A DNA stretch of 64,000 bases, taken from the NCBI RefSeq assembly GCF_009914755.1, contig NC_060928.1; one strand, given 5' to 3'. The position numbers were made by a program, and so were the translations under genes. Below are positions 1 through 27,398 of the stretch, in pieces. The notes beneath the pieces are model-generated. The model was not told the DNA's origin. It searched no databases and saw nothing but the letters and a program-made list of their open reading frames with translations. The DNA comes from the human T2T-CHM13v2.0 reference genome, Homo sapiens. Numbering within the stretch: the stretch's first letter is position 1; each line of letters opens with the position of its first letter.

Positions 1-366
1 GCAAGACTCTGTTAAAAACACAGAAACAAAACAGTAAAGTTGAATGAATAACCCCTCGGATCAATACCACAATACATTCATCCCCTTTCCCTCTCTCCAA
101 TCCAGTTAGGTAGCATCATATTTAGAAATATTTCCTCAAAGCATCTTTAATCTTTTCAGCAGCTGAAATAATTTCCTAATATATCATCCCATCTCCAGTT
201 TCTCTTAACTACTTCTGCAACGGTCTTTTTGTATGCAAATGTCATGTGTTATCCCCTGCTTAAAATTCTTCACTGATTTTGCCTTTACCTACACTGAAAG
301 TAGTTGTGAACTGATAGCCTGCAATTGCACAATATTGGCCTGCACAGGTTGAAAAAAAATTTTACT

Positions 367-812
367 GGCCAGTGGCTCAAGCTTGTAATCCCAGTGCTTT
401 GGGAGGCTGAGGCAGGAGGATTGCTTGAGGCCAGGAGTTTGAGACTAGCATGGCAACATAGTGAGAACTAGTCTCTAAGAAAAATAAAAATAAAATTAGG
501 CCAGGCACAGTGGATCACGCCTGTAGCTCCAACTACTCAGGCGGCTGATGCTGATGTGGGAGGATCACTTGAATGTGGGAGGCAGAAGTTGCAGTGAGCT
601 GAGATGGCACCACTGCACCCCAGCCTGGGTGACAGAGTCTCAAAAAAAAAAAAAAGCCAGTTGTGTTAGCATGCACGTTTAGTCCTAGCTACTCAGGAGG
701 CTGAGGTGGAGATCTTTGAGACCTATAGTTTGAGGCTGCCGTGAGCTGTGGTTGTGCCACTGCCCTACAGCCTGGGCTACAGAGTGAGACCCTGTGTCTA
801 AAGAAAAAAAAA
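367..812 (+). mobile_element. Trimeric Alu: AluJ whose middle linker contains an extra FRAM/right-arm monomer (499-655)
   Basis: Left arm 367-498, then a right-arm-type monomer with its own A-tail, then a second right arm 656-812 with an A-tail. Confidence 0.8.
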
Positions 813-2502
813 TTAAATTTGTTGCTAACTCGAAAACGTTTTGAGATTTCCCATAAACAATTAGATTCTTGGCTTCTTTTGAAAAATCTGAAGATCTGTT
901 AACACCGGGCCTGCATTTCTGTATGACAACAATTGGTGTTTAGATGGAGCATGTTCCTTGCCATTTTTCGTCTCCCTGACACTGAGACTTTGTTAGTTAC
1001 TGTTCATTATTGGTCTTGCACTTTTGTTCATGTCTCCTTCACCTTATTTGCCAGATCCAAATAAGCTGTAAATGCACAAATTGTTAAGCTGTGCGTAAAC
1101 TATTTTGCAATTCCTCTATTTTTCCTAGAATTTGAACTTTACTTGGTCGTTTTAGTTTTATATTTATATAACCCATCTTCTTATGTTCTGTGTTACTCAA
1201 ATGTTCCCTTATGTTAGATTGATGGAGGACTTACCTGCTTCTCATCTTAATAGTCTGTTCAGAATGACTTTCAGCATTATAATGCCTGCTTGGCATTAGG
1301 AATTCTGTTAGTTTCCATGACTTTTTAAAGTATTAACATCAGTGTCTTTGGTTCTTGTTCTCCTTTGCCTTCATAGAAAATTAATTTATTAACTAGCTTA
1401 TTTTCTAGCTCCCACTTTGCCCCAATAAGTTAAGGAACTAGATGTGTTAGTGTGATTGGGAACTCTAGCTGTTATTACTCTGCTTGAACTAAATGTAACT
1501 GTTATTACTCTTAGACTTTTTAAGTATGACCATATGAATTTTTCTGCTTGTAAGCAGTGTCAGAAGAAAGTTGAATGCTGTAGCCTTAAGTGCTTTCAGA
1601 CTCTGGTGGATGCCTAATTTTTTTATTTGTTCCTTGGGTGCTATTTCTGAACATCATGTTCTCCTTTCCCTCTTCCATCTAGCTCAGTGAATGTGGGGTG
1701 TTCTTTCTATATGCTTTCACTTCCACTTAACATTCTTCTAAATGCTGTACAGTCCCTAAGCTTACACTCTCCATACTAAATTTTGGTGGCCAGTGTTTTT
1801 ACCATGATTAAATCTCACTGTTATCCAGTTTATCGTTAAAAGTTTTTCTCCTCTCCTCTGGATACAGTTTACTTTGTGTTTTTCTTCTAAACTGTCTACC
1901 TGTGTCACCTTCTTTACTGCCTCGCTCCTGTTTTTTCTCTGTGTGTAATTCTTTAAAGTTCTTCCAGGTTTTTCTTCTTTTCTATTGCCCTGTCTAATGT
2001 CCTAGATTTAAATATAGTTCTGCAAGTCAAAGGTAAGTTCTTTCTACTCCCCATGGATCTAATTTATAAGGAAGAGGAAGCTTTGCTTGTAAGTATATTG
2101 AAGTTATTTATATGTTCATCTGTGTGTGTGTGCACGCACACACAGGGAAAGAGAGAGAACATTATGCTAACCAGAGATGTCTAATACAACCACATTTGGT
2201 GACTTCAGATATAAAGGGTGTGGTGGCCATTAGGAGTATTACTTCTAGGTCAAGACTGTCCCTACTATTAAATATAATATATTGTTAAACTAAACGTAAT
2301 AAAAAACAAATGTGCTTAATGAAATTGGGCAGGGAGCCTTTTCATTTTCTTCTAAAGAAATATGAAGAGAAAGTTTAGAAAGTTGAATGTTTTGGGCTTT
2401 TTATGTTGCTTGCTATTGTAAATCTTGCAAAAGCTAATGACTACTTGACATCTTTTTTTCCTGACAACTTTTCTTCCTCAATTTTATCTTTCCTCACAAC
2501 AG

Positions 2503-2618
2503 CTGCAGGGAAGTCAACATTTGTGAATATCCTTAAACAATTGTGTGAAGATTGGGAAGTGGTTCCTGAACCTGTTGCCAGATGGTGCAATGTTCAAAGT
2601 ACTCAAGATGAATTTGAG
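2503..2618 (+). CDS. DCK: Deoxycytidine kinase exon 2 (116 bp; P-loop AAGKST...QDEFE)
   Basis: Polypyrimidine tract and AG at 2501-2502, GT at 2619. Translation (A)[38 protein letters not shown] matches human dCK residues 31-69. Confidence 0.98.
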
Positions 2619-2769
2619 GTATGAAAATAAAATTTAAGTAGATAAAAGCCTCTTGGTTTAGAGGAGCAGTAGTACTTAATCTCTTTTTCTTTTTCTTTTT
2701 CAATAAAACTTTCAAATCTCGCTTTAGGTATGTATCTTCATCTAGGTGGTGGTTACATGGATATATATA

Positions 2770-3057
2770 CAGTTGGCTCTCCATATCAATGGGTTTCGGA
2801 TTGATATGGATTCAACCAATCATGAATAGAAAATATTCAGAAAGAAATAATACAAAAAAATACAAATAATAAAGGATTACTGTTCATATAGCATTTACAT
2901 TGTATTAAGTATTATAAGTAATCTAGAGATGATTTATACTATTTGGGAGGATATATGCAGCTACTACACCATTTTACATAAAGGACTTGAGTATATGTGG
3001 ATGTTGGTATCTGTGTGGAACCTGGAATCAATTCTTGAGGTTACTGAGGGGTGACTA
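2770..3057 (-). mobile_element. MER2-like TcMar-Tigger non-autonomous DNA transposon
   Basis: Matches recalled MER2 consensus in antisense (CATTTACATTGTATTAAGTATTATAAGTAATCTAGAGATGATTTA). CAGT...GACT ends flanked by TA. Confidence 0.75.
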
Positions 3058-3077
3058 TATGTTTAAACATGCATTGA

Positions 3078-3373
3078 GGCCGGGGTTGGTGGCTCACGCT
3101 TGTAATCCCAGCACTTTGGGAGGCTGAGGCGGGCGGATCACTTGAGGTGAGGAGTTCAAGACCAGCCTCGTTAACATGGTGAAATGCCGTCTCTACTAAA
3201 AATACAAAACTTAGCTGAACGTGGTGGTGGGCACCTGAATTCCACCTACTTGTAAAGCCGAGGTAGGAGAATTTCTTGAACCCAGGCAGCGGAGGTTGCA
3301 GTGAGCTGAGATGGCGCCACTGTGCTCCAGCCTGGGTGACAGAATGAGACACTGTCTCAACAAAAAAAAAAAA
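3078..3373 (+). mobile_element. AluS element
   Basis: Full dimeric Alu with A-tail. Confidence 0.92.
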
Positions 3374-3440
3374 AGGAAAGTAAAATTTATCAAACTATGC
3401 ATTCAAGATTTATGCACTTTAAGTAAAGTATAAAAGTTTT

Positions 3441-10237
<6,797 letters not shown>

Positions 10238-10264
10238 CTTCAGTGTCTTTTCACATTTTGTTTA

Positions 10265-10649
<385 letters not shown>

Positions 10650-10684
10650 TTACTCTCATTTCTTTTTACTTTCATTCTTGCCAG

Positions 10685-10803
10685 ACTTTCACTCTGGGCA
10701 GAAGTTGTAATTTTGCAGCATTTTACCGTTCTGCACTGCAAATGAGGAAGAAAGAGAATGACAGAGTTCAGTGTCATTTTTTTAAATACCAAAATGTATG
10801 GTT
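10685..10803 (+). other. DCK: Candidate cryptic/poison cassette exon of DCK
   Basis: Long pyrimidine tract 10651-10680 and CAG at 10682-10684. Donors GTATGG (10796) and GTATGT (10804). Open in the exon 2 frame. Confidence 0.55.
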
Positions 10804-10870
10804 GTATGTGTGAGAGAGACGTTGCTAAGATTTTCGTTTCTGGAGAAATGAGAATTGAAATTGAAAGCAA

Positions 10871-11277
<407 letters not shown>

Positions 11278-11729
11278 TTAAAAATGGAAATGTATGCTAG
11301 CAACTTACTTTGATCTGAGGAGTACAGAAAATTGAAAAAAAAGTATCTAAAAAAATTTAGCTGTTGGTATAAGGAATTCTGGGAATAATAATTGAATATT
11401 TAAAATGTAAATCACATATGCAAAGAGGAATCACTAGCAAGATATTCCATGGACTTTGAGAATATATGGTTTTGAATAACCAAAAATACTTTTTCATACA
11501 CCTTCTATTTGCCAGGCATAGCTAACTTTAGACCTAGGGCCTAATTCAGTACACCCCAATCCTTAGGATATCCAGGACTAAATCTTAAAGGGGCTTTCTT
11601 CCCATATAGACCTCATTATCTTAAGAAATTGATGTTTTATATCTGATTTTTGGGGAAAGGCAAGGTTAGTCTACAGTAGAATTTTAAAGTGGGTAAATTT
11701 GTTTATTTGATTCTTTTTAAAAACATTTT

Positions 11730-12920
11730 TGACATGATATATCTGTAGAAAAGTAGGTAAAAGCTAATGTACAGTTTGAAGAACAGTTTTAAAGTTGACA
11801 TCTTTATAACCATTATCCAGGTCAAGAAATACGACATCATCATTCCAGAAATCCCTGTTCGCCTTCTCCAATCACTATATCTTCTTTCCTACGTTACTAC
11901 TCCGCTAGGGGTAATTACTCCCATTCTTTTGTGATAATAATTTTCCTGCTTCCTAAAAATTGTTTGAGCATACATGAACATACCTCTAAGTATAATTTAG
12001 TTTTGTCTATTTTTGAATGTTATATAAGTGGAATTACATTGTTTGCCTTTTTTCCTCTCGCTTCTTTTACTTAATACATTTATGAAATTTGTCCATATTA
12101 TATGCAGCTGTAGCTTATTTTCAGCTATATAGTATTGAATTTTGTTTTTTAAAAATATTCTTTTTTTTGAGACAGGATTTCACTCTGTTGCCCAGGTAAA
12201 GTGCAGTGGCGCAGCCATGGTTCACTGCAGCCTCAACCTCCCTTGGCTCAGGTGATCCTCTCTCCTCAGCCTCCTGAGTATCTAGGACCATAGGCCACCA
12301 CGCCTGTGTGCCACCAGGCTTGGCTAATTTTTGTATTTTTTATAGAGACGGGGTTTTGCCATGTTACCCAGGCTGGTTTCAAACTCCTGGGCTCAAGCGA
12401 TCTGCCCATCTCAGCCTCCCAGAGTGTTGGGATTACAGGCTTGAGCCACTATGTGGGGCCTGTAGTATTTAATTTTATTCGTCTATCACTGTTTGTCCAT
12501 TTTATACCTTTAATTGATTTTTGAGTGATTTCCAATTTAGTTGCTTATGTAAACAGCATTGCTGTGAACATAAATTCACCCGCATACATGCAAAAGTTTC
12601 TGTAGGAATAAGAAGTAAAATTACTGGGAATGCTTATGATGCCTGTTTTCCAAACTGGCTTTCCAATTTTCTCTCCCCCCAGTGTAATCAAGCTCTCATT
12701 AATCTATGTCTTTGCCAGCATTTAGTAGTGTCTGGCTTTCTCATTTTTGTCATTCTGCTGAGTGTTTACTATTTTTTTGTTTAATTTGTATTTCCCCGCT
12801 GGCTAATGAGGCTGTGTTCCTTTTCATATGTTTATTAGTCATTTTGATTTTTGCAAAGTGCCCACTTGGGTCCTTTTGCCCATTTTCCTCTGAGCCATCT
12901 GTCTTCTCTCACTGCATTTT
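11730..12920 (-). mobile_element. Old L1M 3' fragments, interrupted by an AluJ at 12161-12460
   Basis: Degenerate L1ME/MC-type antisense motifs (GGAATTACATTG, TTTGCCCATTTT) and an antisense AluJ. Confidence 0.6.
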
Positions 12921-13339
12921 TAATGTAGCTTTTCGCTGAAGTACCTACTCAAGTTTGCTTAGCTTTTGAAGGAGAGACTGGAGTTCTAAAAGCAACTCTT
13001 TTTCCTTTTATTTCTGGGGTCAGCTGTCAGTGCAGTTATCCTCAGGTGGTAGACAGAAACTAACCAGATTAAACCAATGTTGGAAAATAGAGGGTATTCT
13101 TAAACAGGGTATTGGACTAGGTGACCTCCATTTAAGGTCCGTTGACATATTTGTCATTTGACTCTCAGCATGCCTCACATTAACCAAGGGCACAGAAACT
13201 GACATATAAAACCAAAATGCCAAAAATTTTAATTTGCAGAAAGAAATGTAATCATTAAGGTAATTGAATTTAGATCAGTTTATTCTTTATTTGGTTCGTA
13301 ATTCTCAACCAGTGGAAGGAAGTCATAAGAATGTCTGAG

Positions 13340-13605
13340 AGCTAAACAGTTTGAACACATGGAGATAGAGTGTGGAAAAATAGATAACAATAACTGGGAA
13401 GGGTAAGAGGAGGGGAAGATGAAGAGGAGTGAGTTAAAGTGTACAGATATACAGGAAGCTTGAAGAAATAATTCAGTGTTTTATAGCAAGGTAGAATGGA
13501 AAAATACATTGTACTCAGGTGATGGACACCCTGAATGATTCGATTACTGCATATTATATACATGTACAAAATTTCTCATGTATTCCATAATTTGTACACA
13601 CAAGA
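13340..13605 (+). mobile_element. L1MA 3'-end fragment
   Basis: GAGATAGAGTGTGG...TATACATGTACAAAATTTCTCATGTATTCCATAA resembles the L1MA 3'UTR. Confidence 0.6.
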
Positions 13606-13852
13606 AAGAATCTCAAGGATTCGGGTGCTTTTTAAAATAACAATCCCTTGGAGGTTCAAATATGTGGGATGCCTCATAGTTAAAAGTCATCACCCTAGTG
13701 AATCACTGTTAACTGTTGGGAGTATACTGAACTCTTTAGTTAGGTTGCAGAGAAGTTGAAAAACATTGCTTTCGTATATAAGACAAGACAATTTATAATA
13801 AGGTTGTCTGTTGAGCTTGGAATCAGAGCCCAGAGGGATTAGTTAAATCATG

Positions 13853-14580
13853 TTAATCAGACTGTGTCATCAGACTGTGATGCATTAATACATTTGTCTT
13901 CATTTTAAGACTTAATGGCTTTCTGAATCTGATATCCATGTTTATGGGATGGGGCATTTTCTTTCCATATACTTGATTCAGAATGCCAAACTGGCCATTC
14001 TTTATAACTAGCATGCAGGTGATCCTATTATTATTAACATATTCTTTTATCAGGCCGTTTATTGTAATCTGGTCATGTCTTCATGATGTTACAATTTGAT
14101 TACCTTTGTTAGAGTTTGGTGCACATTCTTGGAAGGTAGCTTCAGCTTTTTTGTGTGTATTGGGGACTGCTCCGTTGTTAATTCTCTGTACTTCTGTACA
14201 GAGGGGGTAGTATTTTTGAGATATAGTTGTGGAATATGAGGATGGTTGGGTGGGTGGCTTCCCTGTATCTTTGGATATTTTCTTCCACTAAACTCAAGAA
14301 GTGAGATTTTATTTCTTCATCCAGTAGTCCTTCTTCCCCAGACTCATCCTTGATCTATTCCTTGAGGTTATAGTATGAATCACCCACTATTCAAATGTCA
14401 ATTTTTCTTAGAATGCTGTTAGTGATGAGAAGTGACTGTTTTCAGACCTAACCTTGGCAAGGTCAGTCCTACTTTGATGTTCTTGTTTCATCACACTTCT
14501 TGGCATTTGTAGATTTGGAAGAATTGGGCCTTTGGTACCTCTGATCTCTTCGTTTAGCAACTTACTGTGCACCCATATGC
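13853..14580 (-). pseudogene. Degraded coding-like remnant, possibly an ancient Ty3/Gypsy gag
   Basis: Purine-rich minus strand with long stop-poor frames; no Alu/L1 similarity recognised; identity is uncertain. Confidence 0.3.
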
Positions 14581-14619
14581 TTAGCTTTTGCTGTTTTAGC
14601 TTTTTTTTTTTTTTTTTAA

Positions 14620-14638
14620 CCTGCCACCTAGTGGCCGA
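14620..14638 (-). promoter_or_regulatory. CTCF-binding motif
   Basis: Minus strand CGGCCACTAGGTGGCAG is a near-perfect match to the CTCF core CCAC(Y)AG(R)(K)GGC. Confidence 0.65.
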
Positions 14639-15029
14639 AATGTTGCTATACTATTGATAAGGTACTCCTAATTTTGGCAAAATAGTAAGAGGCAAAGCAC
14701 CAAAGATTATGTTCTCTCCCTTCTCCAAATCTCTCTTGGTGAGAATGATCTTTAAAACATACCACTCAGATTATTAGCAATCTTGGTATGGAACGTTTTT
14801 AAAAATAATAATAATGTACTTTATGTGGTGATTTATGTTATTATTTAGGCCCAAAGTTTTGATTTAATTGTTTCCTTTTAGCTTATTTTTGAGATATGCA
14901 GTCTGTTAGGAAGCTGTCTCTGTCTTGTTTTTTCATTGAGCTGAATTCTTTTGGAGGATCACTATTATTGTGAAGTACTATTTTACTTTTAATTAAAAAA
15001 ATTAAGATATTTTTATTTTTAATTTACAG

Positions 15030-15160
15030 ATAAAAATTATATTTAATTTTATATTATATTTATATATAAATCATATGTAATATAAATTATATACATAAGT
15101 TATATATAATATAAAAATTATATACATAATATAAATTATATATAATATAAAAATTATATT
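15030..15160. repeat. AT-rich low-complexity (TA)n-like tract at an L1M tail
   Basis: Degenerate TATATAA repeats. Confidence 0.8.
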
Positions 15161-15337
15161 TATGGTATGCAACATGATGTTTTAAAATATGTCTACATTG
15201 TGGAATGGTTAAACCAAGCTAATTAACATACGCATTACCCGTACTATTTTACTTTTATCCAATACTTCTTACCACTAATAAGCCACTGAAAAACTAGTAA
15301 TTGTGATAAAGAAGGTGTAAACCATACTTATTTATGA

Positions 15338-16090
<753 letters not shown>

Positions 16091-16611
16091 TGTTGGCTAT
16101 TTTATAATTATCTTGTTTGGTAGACTCTGATCTTTTACAGTTGAACTTAATTCAACTCTTTTGCAATGTTTACAAAGATTAGACCTAGAATTAAAAGATA
16201 AATGATTTTATAGCTGACCTTGATATTTCTATTTTTCACTTACCTTGACAATAATCTGTACTTCCTATAACAATGAAGTATTCTTTCATAAAGTGAAAAT
16301 GGACATATATTATAGAGAACAGAATAAATGTTATTCATAATCCTACCACTCTGTATGTATCTTTTACATAGTTGAATTAATAATGTAATATATTAAATTT
16401 TGGTGGAGGTGATATGTAATTTAAAAAATATTATAAAGTAATACCTGTTTACTGTTTGAAGTTAAGGAAATATTAGAAATTATCAAAAGAGGGGACTAAA
16501 ACTTACCTATAACCTTATTATCCAGAGATAACCATAGATCTTACTTGAAAGAACAGTATACAGTTTTGTATTTTGTTTCTTCCCCACCCCCCACAATATT
16601 TATATGTCAAG

Positions 16612-22354
<5,743 letters not shown>

Positions 22355-22547
22355 ATTTATATATCAGGGCAATTAAAATCGTTGTTAAAAATTTACTGTA
22401 AATGATTTTTAACAGCAGCCTAATTTATTGTATGCATGTACTATTATTTACTTAATATAAATGCCTAATAATAGTGGAATGATAACCTATTCGCTTAGCC
22501 TTGTGATAAATACCTTTGTGGTTAAATTTGTATTCTAGATTATTTCT

Positions 22548-22848
22548 TTTTTTTTTTTTTTTTTTGAGACGGAGTCTCGCTCTGTCTCCCAGGCTGGAGT
22601 GCAGTGGCGCCATCTCAACTTGCTGCAAGCTCCGCCTCCCAGGTTCACATCATTCTTGTGCCTCAGCCTCCCGAGTAGCTGAGACTACAGGCGCCTGCCA
22701 CCATGCCCCGCTATTTTTTTTGGTATTTTTAGTAGAGACAGGGTTTCACCGTGTTAGCCAGGATGGTCTCGATCTCCTGACCTTGTGATCCACCCGCCTT
22801 GGCCTCCCAAAGTGCTAGGATCACAGGCGTGAGCCACTGCGCCCGGCC
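22548..22848 (-). mobile_element. AluY
   Basis: AluY diagnostics (GCAAGCTCCG, GGATGGTCTCGATC); TSD TAGATTATTTCT. Confidence 0.9.
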
Positions 22849-22992
22849 TAGATTATTTCTTTAAAGTAAATTTTCAACAGTGGAATTAATTGGGCCAAAA
22901 GGTACAGGGTTTTTTTTTCCCACAAATGTAGCTAAACTGCTTTCTATCTAACCATGTTCTACCAATTTGTATTTAATGTAGTTTCACTCTGA

Positions 22993-23440
<448 letters not shown>

Positions 23441-24202
23441 TAGCAATTTGTCTCAAATTTCACGCATAGGATCAAAAGAAAATGTTTTATATGACTCATA
23501 AGTTATCCTGAGGAACCAGATAATGATACCCTGGCTTACTGTTAATTTTCTAATTTGTTACACTATTAAACTAAGAGACAATAACATCTTCATAGCTGAA
23601 AATTCTATTTCAGATTTTTGATTCAGTTTGAATTTACATATTTGTATTTTTAGAACTAGTTTATTATTTTTTTGTTAGGTGATGAATCAAGATTGGTTCT
23701 CTAAGTTATTTTAATATAGTAAACTTTGAAATTGCTTTGGGCAAGAGAGATTATATTTATTGAGAAATTAAAATAAAAGGAGGTATGTGGTCTTTTTTAG
23801 TTAATTTTTTTGTTGTGGCAAAAATATAAAATTTATCATCTGAACCATTTTTAAGTATACAGCTCAGTAGTATTATAAGCATATTTAGGTCATTATGAAC
23901 AGATCTCCAGAACTTTAGCCTCCTGAAAAGATCCAGAGACCCCTGGAGCTTCTCCTACTATACTTTGAAGAACCTCTATCTTAGAGAATATATTACTTCA
24001 TCTGGAAAAGACAGACTCACAGAGAACTCTAGAAATATAGTCTTTTAAAACATATCATCTAAAAGATTAATAATTCTTTTTATCATCTTATCCGGTCTGT
24101 GTTCATATTTCCCCATTGTCTAATAATGTTTTCGTAATTTTTTGAAATTAGGAGCCAAACCAGGTTCACACACGTTACATTTGGTGGTTGATATACCTTT
24201 TA

Positions 24203-24508
24203 TTTTTTTTTTAAATTTATTTTTCTGAGATGAAGTCTTGCTCTGTCACCCAGGCTGAAGTACAGTGCATGATCTCAGCTCACGGCAACTTCTGCCTCCC
24301 CAGTTCAAGTGATTCTCCTGTCTCAGCCTCCCGAGTAGCTAGGATTACAGGCGCGTGCCACCACGCCTGGCTAATTTTTTATATTTTTGGTAGAGACAGG
24401 GTTTCACCATGTTGGCCAAGCTGGTCTTGAACTCCTGATCTCAGGTGATCTGCCTGCCTCGGCCTCCCAAAGTGTTGGGATTACAGGCGTGAACCACTGG
24501 GCCTGCCC
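24203..24508 (-). mobile_element. AluSx
   Basis: Antisense Alu dimer; TSD TTGATAT(A/G)CCTTTTA. Confidence 0.88.
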
Positions 24509-25488
24509 TTGATATGCCTTTTAAATTTTAATCTATTGATTGTCTCTTTGTTTATAATTTATTTGTTGAAGAAACAGGGTCATTTGTTCTACATAATTTT
24601 CCTCATTCTGGTTTTGGCTGAGTGTATCTCTGGTAAAATTTAACATGTTTTTCAGTTCTCTGTATTTCCAGTAAATTTATAGGTAGAGACAGGCTTGATT
24701 AGATTTACTTTCAATTCTTTTTTGGCAAGATTCCTAGTTGGTGATGTGTATTTCTTTACATCAAGAAGATGTGTTTTGTGATGTTAAAATCAAACAGATT
24801 AGCTGTTGTCAGATTGATTCATCCGTTGTAAAATTCCCAATTAACTTTTCTCTAATGATAGCATCTATTGCTAATTGTTGCCTCATTGCAGTATATTAGT
24901 AGGTGTTGTAAAAGGTGATATTCCTTCTCCAGCCTTCTGAATTTATTGGCTGGGATTCTTCAGGAAAGAAGACCTCTTCCTCATATACCACTTTATTACC
25001 CTGAAAGTATTTATACAGGAAAGGCCAAAATAAAATGGGACTTTTTTTTTCTTTTTACCTACATATTCCCAGAATAATTAATTTGTGCCTTAGGAGCCTC
25101 AAAACATGACTAGAGTTTTGTTTGTTTGTTTAGAATTATAAACTCATGGATTTTTGCCTCCCATTCATTTTCGATGTTCAAATTATTCTTTCTTTGACCA
25201 GTGGCAGCTTATTTATGTTGGCTCCTTTGTCCTTGGCACAATCCCAGTGGTCTGTAGTAGTTTCCTAAAATATACAAGATGAAGCTCATCTTGTATATTT
25301 TCTTCCCCAGATTTAGAATCAGAATTCTAATTCCTTTCAGTGGGAAATGGTATTTAGAGATTATAATCTGGGTGATATTTTTGTATATTCCTACAATGTT
25401 GTCATTGTTTATAGGCCTTTTGATGGACAGAACTAGGAAAACTTTATAGAAAGAGAAAAATAATTCATGTGTTCCAGATGCTATTTCT

Positions 25489-25794
<306 letters not shown>

Positions 25795-26163
25795 TGCTAT
25801 TTCTAACTCAGATAAAAGATGATAAGAGTTTTTACTTCATTTTAAAATTTACATTTGTATTTTTCCTCAACATGTAAAATGTGGTTCTAACAATAAGATT
25901 ATTGAATTGCAAAATCTGGGGCAGGAACTATTGTATTATATTAGAAGATTGGAGGGTTACAAATACAAATGCCTAAAGGGGCCAGACAGCCAAATGAATA
26001 TATCAGGCCTGTTATGAAAATCATCCGGGAATGGTGGGGATTAATAAGCCAGAGAGCATATATCCCATCTAAAGGAGGCATCTGTGACTTGATTCTAGCT
26101 GATTTTTGCCAAGAGGGAATATGGGCATGGTACTGCTTGGTTTTTTCATTTTTAAAAAGAAGA

Positions 26164-26471
<308 letters not shown>

Positions 26472-26786
26472 TTAGCTTTTAAATATTGACAATACTATTG
26501 ACAAACTAAGTCAAAGTTTTAAAAAGGACTTTTGGACCAAACAATGATTTCTTCCATAGGTTATTAGTTTGTAACCTCTTGTGAGAAAGATCTAAGGATT
26601 TTCCAGACCTCAGACAATCTGAAAAATATATTGGGAAAGAGTATGAGAAAGGGAACTTAATCATCTTGGTTTTGCTGATCATGATTACATTTATTTATCT
26701 GACTTTTATTTTTTAGCCTTAAAAATTAAAATAGCCCTATTGACCATTAATTTTGCTTTTTATTTCTTTTTGCACATTCAAAATAG

Positions 26787-26980
26787 GAACTTACAATGTC
26801 TCAGAAAAATGGTGGGAATGTTCTTCAGATGATGTATGAGAAACCTGAACGATGGTCTTTTACCTTCCAAACATATGCTTGTCTCAGTCGAATAAGAGCT
26901 CAGCTTGCCTCTCTGAATGGCAAGCTCAAAGATGCAGAGAAACCTGTATTATTTTTTGAACGATCTGTGTATAGTGACAG
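26787..26980 (+). CDS. DCK: DCK exon 3 (194 bp; Ser74 phosphosite, ERS motif)
   Basis: AG/GT boundaries; [65 protein letters not shown]. Confidence 0.98.
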
Positions 26981-27398
26981 GTATGTATAAATGGCTTGTA
27001 CGTGGCCATTTGAAGTTTTTATCTTAGAACTGGACTTTTTTTTTTTTTTTAATGTTTCCTGGGAATTAGTAATAATGAATGGCTGAGCTGGGGATTTAAG
27101 ATGGAAAATGACATTTAAATCCCTCAGCAGTCTGGTACTAATGGCATTAGGGAAGTTATTGCATTTATAATCCTCAGCTTCCATAGAAACTGTTGGGAAT
27201 ATGGTGGTGCCCATTTCATTTAAATTTGCAGAGAAGTTGTTTTTCCCTCTAACCCTTTTAAAATTCTCATCTGCTCTGGTTAAATCTGGATCTATATCCT
27301 AGACTCTTACCTGGATCAAGAAGATAAAAGTCTCTAAGGGGCCTTAGAATTGCCCTACTTATGCTAGGATTCTTTTGACCTCCAAAGTTAGCTCAGAA

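Noticed and set aside
2121-2144. (TG)n-(CA)n quasi-palindrome
   Set aside because: A short, common compound microsatellite.
2403-2502. N-terminal part of the 73-aa ORF (MLLAIVNL...)
   Set aside because: Intronic sequence upstream of the exon 2 acceptor that happens to be in frame; the real N-terminus is in exon 1, outside the window.
13853-14580. Endogenous bornavirus nucleoprotein assignment for the coding-like remnant
   Set aside because: Only a fleeting resemblance (YYNLKE, EEIKSHFL), with no poly(A) or TSD; it cannot be supported without a profile search.
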